From a virus, in the IMG/VR virus record IMGVR_UViG_3300043823_000671, positions 1 to 64,000 of that record: DNA of 64,000 nucleotides. One strand, written 5' to 3'. Both the position numbers and the translations under genes were made by a program. The number at the start of each line of letters is the position of its first letter. Position 1 is the first letter of the stretch. Under the pieces are notes generated by a model. That model worked only from the letters and a program-made list of their open reading frames with translations. It searched no databases and had not been told where the DNA came from. Of the stretch, positions 39,637-49,072 are shown in pieces.

Positions 39637-39825
39637 ATGTTGAGCGACCAGTTCCTTATTGACGCCGAGCACGGTGCGGGAGACGGCAAGCGCTACCGGG
39701 CGACATACTCGGACGAAGTTGTCTTTTTTACGGCACGCAACAAGCAAGAAGCAGTACGGATAGCCCGTGAGTGGGGATTCCGTTTCAAGAACGCCCAGCG
39801 GGTCTTGGCGTTAGAGGTTGCGTAA
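39637..39825 (+). CDS. Hypothetical protein
   Basis: Abuts both neighbours. Confidence 0.5.
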   Translation: MLSDQFLIDAEHGAGDGKRYRATYSDEVVFFTARNKQEAVRIAREWGFRFKNAQRVLALEVA

Positions 39826-40524
39826 ATGGCGGAAGTAGAGCGCTACGAAGTCGAAGTTGACACCCAGATAGTTGACCTATATGCCGAACTCAGCGGGAAG
39901 GGCATAAACGTAGACCTCGCAGAGTCACGGGTACGCAGTATTGTCGCCCACGCCGAATACGGCGGTTGGGGGCAGTACGAATACATAATCCAACTGGACA
40001 CCGGCGAGAGATACCCGTTCTCAATCCTCAAGACTGTTGAGTTGACCCTCGGGGGCGAAATAAAAAGCACCGAGAGGCTCATTGACGCAATCGCAGAATA
40101 CGACGAAGCACTACGCCTATTCTTTGTTACCCAAGCAGAGTTACTTGAGTGGACGAGTCAGTACACCGGATGGAGTCGGTTCTATCTCGTCGCCGGGGGA
40201 CACATACACAGTTCCATGGACTGTTCGTCATGCAATAAAGGCAGAGACGCTACAAAGTTCATATGGCTACCCAATCTCAGCGGGCTAACCGAAGCGGAGG
40301 CGGTAGAAGACCAAGGAGCAATCCTGTGTACAGTTTGTTTCCCCAGCGCCCCAGTCGAGTACACCAACGCCCACGAACTGGCTAGGGAGCAAAGACAAGC
40401 CAACCGATGCCCAGGGTCAGGCAAGTACGTAAGCAACGACACGTACCGTTGCCCCGAATGCAACGAGCCAATCTCGGTATCGTGGCAGACCGGAAAAATC
40501 CGGGCGCACAACAAGCCTAAATAG
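39826..40524 (+). CDS. Actinophage-type Cys/His-rich protein
   Basis: GAGG RBS; GGHIH...CSSC, WLP.LSG, LCTVCFPSAP, CPEC. Confidence 0.65.
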   Translation: MAEVERYEVEVDTQIVDLYAELSGKGINVDLAESRVRSIVAHAEYGGWGQYEYIIQLDTGERYPFSILKTVELTLGGEIKSTERLIDAIAEYDEALRLFFVTQAELLEWTSQYTGWSRFYLVAGGHIHSSMDCSSCNKGRDATKFIWLPNLSGLTEAEAVEDQGAILCTVCFPSAPVEYTNAHELAREQRQANRCPGSGKYVSNDTYRCPECNEPISVSWQTGKIRAHNKPK

Positions 40525-40970
40525 GCACCAGAAGCCCCTAGAAGCCGATTCTGAGCCCTAGGGGTATTTCCACGCCCAGATGCACCACACCGGGCGGGAA
40601 AAGACAACCGGGCGCACAAGCACACACCTCGCACCACATACCAGACGTCCCCACATACCCATAGACGTACGTAGTATTACAAATCTAAGTACGTAAGTAG
40701 TTCAAAACACGGCGGGCAGAACTAAAACCTATAGACCAGCCACCCCCAGGTGCCACCGATAGCGCAAATCCACTAGGCACCGACCCCCTACCCCGGCACA
40801 CATACCCCCCGTACCCGCCAGAAGTAGTGGGATTCCACTAGAACGAAGCCCCGCCATCAGGTGCGATGCATACAGGAACCCTGAAGTATCCCCCGGGTAC
40901 CCAGATATGTAAGTAGTTACTTAACATACCCACGCTTGTGAATCCAAACCCCAGTGTTTGCACGGAACCC

Positions 40971-40985
40971 TAGTGGAATCCACTA
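40971..40985. promoter_or_regulatory. Palindromic box TAGTGGAATCCACTA
   Basis: Second perfect copy; variant TAGTGGGATTCCACTA at 40825-40840. Confidence 0.6.
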
Positions 40986-41334
40986 TGACTTCACAAGGGA
41001 CGTCTCGCCCTCGGCGTTTCCCACGGGTTCGAGTCACGTAGTCCGCCCATGTGGTGAGGCGCTGGGGACCCCCCCCGTCAATTATTTCAAGCGACTTTGG
41101 ATTTTTCAGACAGCGGGAGTGCGCCCTTGCACCTCCCAGAATCACTTTTGGATACTAGAGCGTCCTCTAGCCCGGAAATGTCAGGAGAGAGGCATACACA
41201 CGTTCGCTTGACCCGGGGGAAGTTTTGGAAAAGCCAGACCCTAGAAAAAACAAAGGCAAACGAGTTCGAAGGGCACCCTACTCTAGCAGGCTCCGGGGTT
41301 TTAGCACTGCATCGCTCCACTTAGAGCGGGGTTG

Positions 41335-41484
41335 CTAGTTGCTTGACGAGTTCGAGTCAGTTGCTTCGTTAGCACTCTCGCTAGTCGAGTGCGAGTGTGA
41401 CTTAATCTCCTTGTAAGTGACGTAAGCAATGCCACTGAGGATGAATAGCCAAGCAGTACAGAAGATAAAGGCAACGAGAGTCAT
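41335..41484 (-). CDS. Small single-TM protein
   Basis: TACAAT box 6 nt before ATG; hydrophobic N-terminus. Confidence 0.45.
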   Translation of the reverse strand: MTLVAFIFCTAWLFILSGIAYVTYKEIKSHSHSTSESANEATDSNSSSN

Positions 41485-41738
41485 GAAACGATTGTAACCC
41501 ACTTTGGAAAATAGGCAAGGTCGGTTTACCCACCCCCCCACTTAGTTCGGGGGTTCGTGAGGATGAATCAGAAGATGCCAAAAATACAAAAATTTTTTTA
41601 GGAGGCTAGATACAGATGAACATGAATCTCTATCCGAGGATATGAAAACTTAGAAGGGGCGCCCCGGCGATGCTTGACACCGCTCTAGTAATCGGTGTAG
41701 GGTTGTCTCAACGTATACGCAGAAGGTGAGGTAGGCGC

Positions 41739-41951
41739 ATGGGGTGTGTGCCCGGATGTGGAAGCAGTTGCCCTTGTGAGGAACCAATGGGCGTCGATGC
41801 GGACCGTGAACTGACCTGTGATGAGTGCGGTTTCGAAGGAATGTTCGAAGGCGTGGATACCCCTTGTGGCGGTGGCGAGACCCACTTTGGGGCTGACTGT
41901 CCTAAGTGTGGGAACTACATGGAGTTATGGGAGCAGAGCAATGACTGGTAA
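41739..41951 (+). CDS. Cys-rich Zn-ribbon protein
   Basis: GAGG RBS; TTGACA upstream; CDEC/CPKC. Confidence 0.55.
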   Translation: MGCVPGCGSSCPCEEPMGVDADRELTCDECGFEGMFEGVDTPCGGGETHFGADCPKCGNYMELWEQSNDW

Positions 41952-42333
41952 GGATTCTGCTACCGAGTATCGCCCTTCTAGCGTTACTGGTAGCGATGAA
42001 GCCCTTGAAGGGTTTCCCCCGGGGTCGGAATCTGATGAGTCTGTTGTAAACGCACTTGATATATGGATGGAGTATTTGCATGGAACGAAGTAATGGGGTG
42101 CACCTAATCCACGTAGACGATATTGCCTTCTGGGTTGAGTCTGCGTATATGGGCGATGAGGGTCCCTGCCGGGTTTTGGTCAGCAATGTCCCCCGAGCGA
42201 AGCACAATCAGTTGCACGCCGTCGGTCATTTCGGCGGAAGGATTATTGACGGCGGGCGGTTTAGTACTTATGAGTCAATCGAGGCGTGGGCGCTTGTTCA
42301 CTACCGAGAGGTTTTGTCTAGCCGGGAGTCGCA

Positions 42334-42507
42334 ATGAAGAAAAAGCACCGTGATGAGATTAGGAAGGCGCATCGCAGGAATGGTCGATTCTGCAATGAGT
42401 GCATTGAGTTTTATCCGTGCGAGACGATTGAGTTGCTAGACGACTACGAGTGGTTGATTCAGTACGTAGAGATGAATGAAGGCGCTACGCCGGAAAGTGT
42501 GCAATAG
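42334..42507 (+). CDS. Small H..CxxC..YPC family protein
   Basis: MKKKHRDEIRKAH...CNEC...YPC; GGGAG RBS; not in the ORF track. Confidence 0.6.
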   Translation: MKKKHRDEIRKAHRRNGRFCNECIEFYPCETIELLDDYEWLIQYVEMNEGATPESVQ

Positions 42508-42772
42508 AAATGCCACGTGACACAGACGGAACTAACTGGATGACGGTTAGATACACCATTGATGTAGATGTTATGGCGGAAGATGCGGATGACGCTTTGT
42601 TTCACGCCCAGTTTTTCTTGAAAGACGCAATAGAAGACTGCAGGTACACCGAAGAAGTCATTTCGCAATGATGAGCCAAATCGGGAATAACTAATGAGCA
42701 AAATAGGGAATAACTAATGCCACCTTTATATGTTTTAGTTTTTTTGTTCAAGTTGATTAGGCGGTTGTCGAG

Positions 42773-42988
42773 ATGACAAAAGAAACACGACCCGGTGGGG
42801 GCGAGGACGTAGTTTTGTCGAAGAGAGACAAACTCAGAATCCTGTTTTATTGCATTACCCCGGCGTGGGCACGACACACGAAGTGCACCAACAACGGGCT
42901 TACATATTTCTATTCAGAAAAAATAGTCAATGGTGAGTGGACTGCTATCGATACCACCCGTTGTCCTATGTGTGGAGAGAAACTATGA
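42773..42988 (+). CDS. Hypothetical protein ending CPMCGEKL
   Basis: Shares its 3' junction sequence with the next gene. Confidence 0.5.
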   Translation: MTKETRPGGGEDVVLSKRDKLRILFYCITPAWARHTKCTNNGLTYFYSEKIVNGEWTAIDTTRCPMCGEKL

Positions 42989-43236
42989 ACCAGCAAGAAC
43001 GAGACGAACTGCGAGCAAAGCACCACGTCGGAACGAACGAAGCCGACGACCAATGCCAAGCCTGCTTCAGTATTGATGGCTACCCCTGCGATGTAATCCG
43101 GTTGCTGGATGAACTGGAAAACAAGACCGAGTGCGACCACAAAGAAATCGATGGTAGTTACTACGGAACTTCTATCCCGGACAACGAGATGGATTACCAA
43201 TACGGTTACTGCCCCAAGTGTGGAGAGAAACTATGA
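42985..43236 (+). CDS. MNQQERDELRAKH-family protein ending CPKCGEKL
   Basis: GGAGAG RBS; ATGA coupling. Confidence 0.65.
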   Translation: MNQQERDELRAKHHVGTNEADDQCQACFSIDGYPCDVIRLLDELENKTECDHKEIDGSYYGTSIPDNEMDYQYGYCPKCGEKL

Positions 43237-43376
43237 CCCTCTACGACTTCGACCAATACGTTGAGGACAACAACATCCAGCCCGACGAACTGGGTCAAGC
43301 CTTCGCCGCATGGATGCACCTCACGACTGGGTGGGACGGAGAAGCAAATCGAGTGGAACGTGGAGAGAAATCATGA
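43233..43376 (+). CDS. Hypothetical protein (47 aa)
   Basis: Bounded by GTGGAGAGAAA..ATGA junctions on both sides. Confidence 0.5.
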   Translation: MTLYDFDQYVEDNNIQPDELGQAFAAWMHLTTGWDGEANRVERGEKS

Positions 43377-43464
43377 ACAGTCCATGGGAACTTTGTCTAT
43401 TTTTGGTTCCAATCCCAGCGATTATGTTTTTCTTTGATTGGCTTGACAACAGAGGGGACAAGCA

Positions 43465-43665
43465 GTGAAACACTTACTTATATTCGCATTAGTGATAATC
43501 GGCATCGGCATCTACTCAAACTTCTTGTGGAAGTTTTTGCACAAGCACCCACCGTTCAGCGGCGACATGGACACAGCAGAGTACGTTGTGACGGTGTTTG
43601 TCGCAGTATGCGCTTCTGTGCTAGTTGGACTACTCATCGGAGTTATTTGGACGGTGACGCCATGA
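43465..43665 (+). CDS. Small two-TM protein
   Basis: GTGA/ATGA coupling; two hydrophobic helices. Confidence 0.55.
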   Translation: MKHLLIFALVIIGIGIYSNFLWKFLHKHPPFSGDMDTAEYVVTVFVAVCASVLVGLLIGVIWTVTP

Positions 43666-43853
43666 ACCAACAAGAACGAGACGAACTACGAGCCAAGCAC
43701 CACGTCCAAGATGGTGACGACGGTTCTACATACTGCAAAGAAGATGACTCATTGTGGCCCTGCGACGTAATCCGAGTATTGGACGCTTGGGAGAATGAGC
43801 GGAACATGGTCGCACTAACTGATTTGATGAGAGAGCAGGGTTATCCCGAATGA
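43662..43853 (+). CDS. MNQQERDELRAKH-family protein
   Basis: 5' end nearly identical to the gene at 42985. Confidence 0.65.
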   Translation: MNQQERDELRAKHHVQDGDDGSTYCKEDDSLWPCDVIRVLDAWENERNMVALTDLMREQGYPE

Positions 43854-44098
43854 ACCAGCAAGTGCGAGACGCAATCCGCTACAACCACAGACAAGCACCG
43901 AATGGAATTTGTATGGGCTGTAGCGTTGAAGAGTTGGATGACAACATGAACCCGACTGGTCGGAGAATCGGAGGGCGTCCAGGACCCTGCGACGTAATCC
44001 GAGTGCTGGATGCCTGGGAAGATAAATACCAAGCGACCTACGAAGACGGATACGATGCCGGATACCAAGATGGGGTCAAGGAAGGATTGGAGTCATGA
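43850..44098 (+). CDS. MNQQ-family protein (PCDVIRVLDAWE)
   Basis: Paralogous motif; ATGA coupling. Confidence 0.6.
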   Translation: MNQQVRDAIRYNHRQAPNGICMGCSVEELDDNMNPTGRRIGGRPGPCDVIRVLDAWEDKYQATYEDGYDAGYQDGVKEGLES

Positions 44099-44454
44099 AC
44101 ATGACCCAGCAAGAACGAGATGTTCTGCGAAACCTAGCAAAAATTAATATCGACAACAAAACCCACTACGTCGGTTGCTGGCAGAGCCACGGCTGGTGCG
44201 CCGTGGAAAGGGTTCTCGATGCATACGAGTCCCTCGTGAAAGAATCTGGATGAGTTTTCCAAACCCCGGGGAAGATGCTTGCGTTTGCGGGCATAGGCGC
44301 TCTACCCACAAAGACTGGTGCACCGCAAAGTGCGGTTGTCGCTCGTTTCGCCCCGCCGTCGAATGGACCAGCATCTACAAAAAGGGTGCTTGACATACCT
44401 AACTGTAGGGGCGTATAGTGTATATATAAGTTTACAAACCTATTTGGAGGGAAT

Positions 44455-45021
44455 ATGTCAGAAGTAAACGAACAAAACCAACCGTGCATTTCATGCGAGA
44501 CAATCATCAATGTCGATGAGGGCGATTACTGTACCTACTTCACAAACGGGAAGGTCATCAACCTTTGCTATGGGTGTGACGAAGACCAGTTGAACAGCGC
44601 AAGCAACGTCTACTTGGTGGAGGACGGGGAAGTGAAGCACTTCTACGTCACCGACTACTTTTCGTGCGACGCACTCTACCGTGAGCAGGTCGAAGACTTG
44701 TTCGAGCGGTCGTGGGTAAGCAACTACGGTCGTGGGCACTACGACACAACGATTCAGGGTTTTCAAGAAATCAAAGACCTAACCGGGTGGACCACGGCAT
44801 GGGTAGACGAAACGGTATCCCGGAAGACAACTTTCAACGACTGGGCTGGGGAAGTTATTAGCGGGGACATTGTCCCGCCGGTTACCCTCGCCATTGTCCT
44901 CGACCCCACTAGCAATGTGTTCTCAACCGGTGTTAGCGTTTGGGTAAAGGACGGCGACATCGACGAATTTGCCAAGTGGATTTTGGCAGAGCGTGAAGAA
45001 CTAGCAGAAGCGGTCCGGTAA
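44455..45021 (+). CDS. Hypothetical acidic protein with N-terminal Zn ribbon
   Basis: GGAGG RBS; promoter TTGACA-N18-TATAGT at about 44390-44419. Confidence 0.7.
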   Translation: MSEVNEQNQPCISCETIINVDEGDYCTYFTNGKVINLCYGCDEDQLNSASNVYLVEDGEVKHFYVTDYFSCDALYREQVEDLFERSWVSNYGRGHYDTTIQGFQEIKDLTGWTTAWVDETVSRKTTFNDWAGEVISGDIVPPVTLAIVLDPTSNVFSTGVSVWVKDGDIDEFAKWILAEREELAEAVR

Positions 45022-45125
45022 GGAGTATCGGGTGCATTGGTTTTATTACTTGATTGGTTGGGCGACCGGTCTTTTGGGCGTCTATGGTCTTTACCGAATC
45101 GGTCGCCACTAGGGGGTTGTCAACA

Positions 45126-45641
45126 ATGATGCTTAGCGAAAGCGTTTCCAAACTTCCACATGACGTTCAGCGTGCAATGACCGAAGGAATGCGACAGTTC
45201 ATAAAGACCCGTGAAGGATTGTTCCCGGGAGAATCATCGGATGAATCTTTGTACCACCTTGTCTACTCAATCTTGAGCGAACAACTTGAACCATTCCAGG
45301 GCGACAGCAATGACTTCGTTTCATTCTGTATTGGAATAAATGAATCACGACGAATTTGGATTTCCCGCCCGATGAAATACTGTATTGACTTCCCGGAGAT
45401 TGAGAACGAGAGTCTTCGTGAGAGCGTGGAGAAGGCGAAAGAAGAAGGAGCCGTCTATCTCGCTGGCGATAACTGGTCCCTTGGTATCGACTCCGAAATC
45501 GAAGGCAAGGAAATCCGCTCCGTTGTCTCCGACAACTTGGTTTTTGAAATAGCAGTAATTGGATGCGCTGTATTGGCGCTTATGCAAAATAATCTCGACA
45601 ACATTGAGCCAGTCGACTGGGATAAAGAAGTGTTTGAATGA
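45126..45641 (+). CDS. Hypothetical protein
   Basis: ORF; start uncertain. Confidence 0.5.
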   Translation: MMLSESVSKLPHDVQRAMTEGMRQFIKTREGLFPGESSDESLYHLVYSILSEQLEPFQGDSNDFVSFCIGINESRRIWISRPMKYCIDFPEIENESLRESVEKAKEEGAVYLAGDNWSLGIDSEIEGKEIRSVVSDNLVFEIAVIGCAVLALMQNNLDNIEPVDWDKEVFE

Positions 45642-46033
45642 ACGGATATGTTTGGGTGGTCGACTACGTTGGCGACTTAGGTTTTGAGACTCTCGTTGTC
45701 AACGATTTCGAAGAGTTTTATATTTACGGCGACCCCAGGCAAGGGGTAACGGCTTGGTACAAAAACGAAGATGTCGAGACACGTCTGCCAAAGACATTTT
45801 TCATTATGGAAGATGCACAGCGATACGTCGAAGCAATCGTTGATGTCATGTATGAAGAAAGATACGTTGAATCACGATTTGACGTACCAAAATCATTCTG
45901 CTTCCACTCAAGGAACAGCCTGGAATGCCACCGTGAGTACAACCACGAAGGACCGCACCATCATGAATTGGAAAGCGGTGTGCGTTTTTCTTGGTTAGGA
46001 AAAAAAGAAAGCACTTCTAAGGTTTCTAAATAA
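45638..46033 (+). CDS. Hypothetical protein
   Basis: ATGA coupling. Confidence 0.5.
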   Translation: MNGYVWVVDYVGDLGFETLVVNDFEEFYIYGDPRQGVTAWYKNEDVETRLPKTFFIMEDAQRYVEAIVDVMYEERYVESRFDVPKSFCFHSRNSLECHREYNHEGPHHHELESGVRFSWLGKKESTSKVSK

Positions 46034-46568
46034 ACCCAGCGTACGTCATTAGGCTGGAAAGACTTTTTAGGGAACCAGAGCGGAGAACCAGGCGCTCCCC
46101 GTATCCAAAGTCGTGCTTGTAGCAAGTCGACAAAAACTCGTCCCTAGTAATCCATCCCCAAACAAGAAACTTTGGGTCATTTTCGGGGTTTTTCTTGTCG
46201 CTACCAACGTATTGGACAAGAACCGCAACGTCCGCATCGAATGCACCGACGTTATTGAAGATAAGTTTGTCTAGTTCGCTCGTTTTTACCTGGATACGGA
46301 CATACCCAAGTTGCAAATCGAGTCCACCATCGCCCTCTGTGCGTACATTGGTGTCGTATTCGATACCAAGAACACGGGCAACCGCTACTTCCCCCAGATG
46401 ACCGACCTTGTTGATGCCCTCAGATGTGTTCTTGCGGTCAAAAGCCAAGTCACGAACTGACTTCTGGTCTTTGTCACGGCGCATCGTCTTCACGAACGCC
46501 ATTGAGCGCTCGATGTCGAATGGTTTGATTAGTACTTTGATTGGTTGTCGTGTCAGATAGTCGCCCAT
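46026..46568 (-). CDS. Putative PD-(D/E)XK-fold nuclease
   Basis: GE.AV, DGGLD, IQVKT pattern. Confidence 0.5.
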   Translation of the reverse strand: MGDYLTRQPIKVLIKPFDIERSMAFVKTMRRDKDQKSVRDLAFDRKNTSEGINKVGHLGEVAVARVLGIEYDTNVRTEGDGGLDLQLGYVRIQVKTSELDKLIFNNVGAFDADVAVLVQYVGSDKKNPENDPKFLVWGWITRDEFLSTCYKHDFGYGERLVLRSGSLKSLSSLMTYAGFI

Positions 46569-46573
46569 GAAAC

Positions 46574-47164
46574 CTACTTTGGAAGTAACTCAACAAACGG
46601 CGGGCGTAAACCGCCCCAAAATACGTGCAATGATTCTATGAATGAACGGAAAAGGTCTTCGGGACTTCCGTTGTTTTCAATAACAAAGTCTTGGTCGGAA
46701 TACGCAGTCTCGGAGACGTGGGCGTTCACTGGGCTATTGCCCGCACGAACAATGCGGACAACCACACCGCCACGTTCCTTGATGGCGAGAGCCTCATTTG
46801 GAAAACGAACATCCGGTATGACAAGCATCGATGAATGTGGTTTCTCAAAAAGAGAGCGGACCCAAACGTCTTCTCCAATATGGCGCCGACCGCCCTCGGT
46901 CCCGAGGCGCTGGAGCAACTCCCTGACTTCGGGGTAGATTTTTTTAGCGTCTTCCCAGCCGATTAGGTCAACTATTTCTTGTATTCGACGTGAGCGGGAA
47001 AAGCCACCCCAGTCAACTACTGGGTTTATGTCGTACAGCATCCCACGGAGCGCATCTCCAAATGCCCGAACCTCAAACCCAAGTCTGGTTCGCAACTGGG
47101 TTGCGAGGGTGTCTTTCCCAGACTGGGCGAATCCACAAATGCCAACGTATGTTTTATTTTCCAT
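46574..47164 (-). CDS. Deoxynucleoside monophosphate kinase
   Basis: G.AQSGKDT, RELLQRLGTE.GR, DVRFPNE, H.SE. Confidence 0.9.
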   Translation of the reverse strand: MENKTYVGICGFAQSGKDTLATQLRTRLGFEVRAFGDALRGMLYDINPVVDWGGFSRSRRIQEIVDLIGWEDAKKIYPEVRELLQRLGTEGGRRHIGEDVWVRSLFEKPHSSMLVIPDVRFPNEALAIKERGGVVVRIVRAGNSPVNAHVSETAYSDQDFVIENNGSPEDLFRSFIESLHVFWGGLRPPFVELLPK

Positions 47165-47613
47165 TAGCCACGTGGCGCAAGGTCGTAAATGTAAACCTGT
47201 GCTTCGCCAAGCGTCTCGTTGATGATTGACTCGACTTCTTCCCATGAGCCACCACCGATACCACAACCGATTCTCGGGGCGTGGAAAGTGAACTCTTCGG
47301 GGAGATTTGCGAGAGCACCAAGACAGGCACGCAGGGCATCGTAGTCAACTGCGACCGGCTTTTCAGCCCGGGGAAACCCGTCCTGTGCAATCATGTTCGC
47401 AACGTAAGTGTCTTCATCGACCTGAACAAGTTGTACGTCCCCAAGCGGATACTCCGGCAAAGAGCGGTACATTGACTCAGGCTCATCCCACTTGTCGCTA
47501 AGTGCGATAACAAATCCCGCACCCCAGGCTCCAAGATTGTTGCAGATGTGCATAATGACGCACTTGCCATCAACCTGTGGCTCGGTGGCGTCCCCAATCA
47601 AGTAGTTAATCAT
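47164..47613 (-). CDS. Macrodomain ADP-ribosylhydrolase (TARG1/DarG-like)
   Basis: GDAT, HICN..GAWGAG, PRIGCGIGGG.W. Confidence 0.85.
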   Translation of the reverse strand: MINYLIGDATEPQVDGKCVIMHICNNLGAWGAGFVIALSDKWDEPESMYRSLPEYPLGDVQLVQVDEDTYVANMIAQDGFPRAEKPVAVDYDALRACLGALANLPEEFTFHAPRIGCGIGGGSWEEVESIINETLGEAQVYIYDLAPRG

Positions 47614-47813
47614 TATTACTTCCCTTCTTTTTTAGTAGTTATAACTACTATTCGTAACGGTTCCGAATAGAACTAATTATTCTCAAAGCCTCTGCATATC
47701 CGCTGGCAAAACCAGCGTCAAAAACATTGTCCGGGCGAGACTGAGAAAGACGCAAGTAGTGCTCAGCCTCCACTCGAATAAGGCTGTACGCTTCATTTAA
47801 TTTTTTACCCATG

Positions 47814-48200
47814 TCACTCCTGACTAAGTATTTGGTCTAATGCATCATTGAGTTCGTTTTGCTGAGACTTGCCAGAGGTAACTCCATCCAAAACGATTTG
47901 GTTCAATCGTGAGATGTTTTTATCAAAAGCCATTTTGATGGAGTCGGTAAAACTGGCGGTCGCTTCAGCCAAGGTTGCCTGTAACTCCGATGCCTGCTCA
48001 TCAGATAGTTCGCCATCAAGCCATTTGCGCTCGATAGCCATGCTCTCTAATGAGTGGGCGATAAGAGCCTGTCGACGCTCATACGTGACACGGCTACGAA
48101 ACATCTCTTCGACACGAGCAACTAAATACCCCAACTTCTCCGCTTCATGTCGAATCGAGGCGACAAGGGAGGGGTCTGGCGACTCGTAGGGGATAGACAT
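47814..48200 (-). CDS. Hypothetical helical protein
   Basis: ORF in the minus-strand operon. Confidence 0.55.
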   Translation of the reverse strand: MSIPYESPDPSLVASIRHEAEKLGYLVARVEEMFRSRVTYERRQALIAHSLESMAIERKWLDGELSDEQASELQATLAEATASFTDSIKMAFDKNISRLNQIVLDGVTSGKSQQNELNDALDQILSQE

Positions 48201-48204
48201 TTGG

Positions 48205-48465
48205 CTAAAGGCTCAAACCGAGTTGCTTGTCGGCGTAGTCTTTGACAATCTGAACCGCAGTATTTTGTGCGGTGTCAAGAGAAGAGGCGACACGCTTTTC
48301 TCCAAAAGCCTCTGTTTCGCTACCAGCCTCAGCAGTCCAATCTGCGCCAGTGGGATAGGCGTAAAGGGTGCCCATCAAACGGATGCCAGAATCGTCGCTA
48401 ACTTTGAAATCGGCTGTGACGCCCTGGGTGTATGTGACCCACGGGTCTACTTCTAGGGTTGCCAT
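48205..48465 (-). CDS. Hypothetical protein
   Basis: AGGAG RBS before ATG 48465. Confidence 0.6.
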   Translation of the reverse strand: MATLEVDPWVTYTQGVTADFKVSDDSGIRLMGTLYAYPTGADWTAEAGSETEAFGEKRVASSLDTAQNTAVQIVKDYADKQLGLSL

Positions 48466-48537
48466 AATCGGGCTCCTGTCGCTCGTTAGTTTGGCGTCGG
48501 TCAAGACCCCTGACGGGGTCAAAAATGACGTTACATA

Positions 48538-48566
48538 AGTGTAGTGGGGTTTAGGCGCAAAGTCAA
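48538..48566 (-). promoter_or_regulatory. Promoter TTGACT-N17-TACACT with CTAAACCCC in the spacer
   Basis: Read directly from sequence. Confidence 0.7.
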
Positions 48567-48662
48567 GCATGATGCCCCAAAAAGCGCCCCACGGAGCCGT
48601 ATATCTGTTGATTGGATGATGGGCGGTAACTAAAATTTGAAAATCCAAATGAAAGGACGATT

Positions 48663-48932
48663 TTGCAGGTTTTTACGATTAGCGAGTTTGTAGCAGTAAC
48701 GCCGTCGGGCGCCCGGGTGAGCCTGGGGGTCCGACAGGTCGAAGACGGCTGGATTGTTTTTAGCGGAGAGACTGCATTGATTAAGTGCTCCGACTCGGCG
48801 TCTGCCACTACGTACACCCAAAAGATTATTGATTGCTTCGAAGACGCCAGCCTCGCCACGGCGGGTGACACGTCAATCGTCGATGCGGAAATTGTTGAGC
48901 CCGACGAAATCATCCCCCCCGGGAAAAACTAA
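48663..48932 (+). CDS. Hypothetical protein
   Basis: AAGGA RBS before TTG. Confidence 0.45.
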   Translation: MQVFTISEFVAVTPSGARVSLGVRQVEDGWIVFSGETALIKCSDSASATTYTQKIIDCFEDASLATAGDTSIVDAEIVEPDEIIPPGKN

Positions 48933-49072
48933 ACCGCAACTAGGATTTTGGAGAGGTCTATATGTCAAGCAATGTCCACCACCTTATTTCCGAAGCAGAA
49001 ATGATTGGAATCGGCGTCGTAATCGGATTCGTTTTAGCACTCGTAATTTCTTTTTTCCGCCAGCAGTAATAG

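Noticed and set aside
41000-41060. tRNA-like GGTTCGAGTC
   Set aside because: No consistent T stem, acceptor stem or anticodon arm could be built
42334-44130. Diversity-generating retroelement or integron
   Set aside because: No reverse transcriptase or integrase in the window; differences are not adenine-specific; no attC-like palindromes
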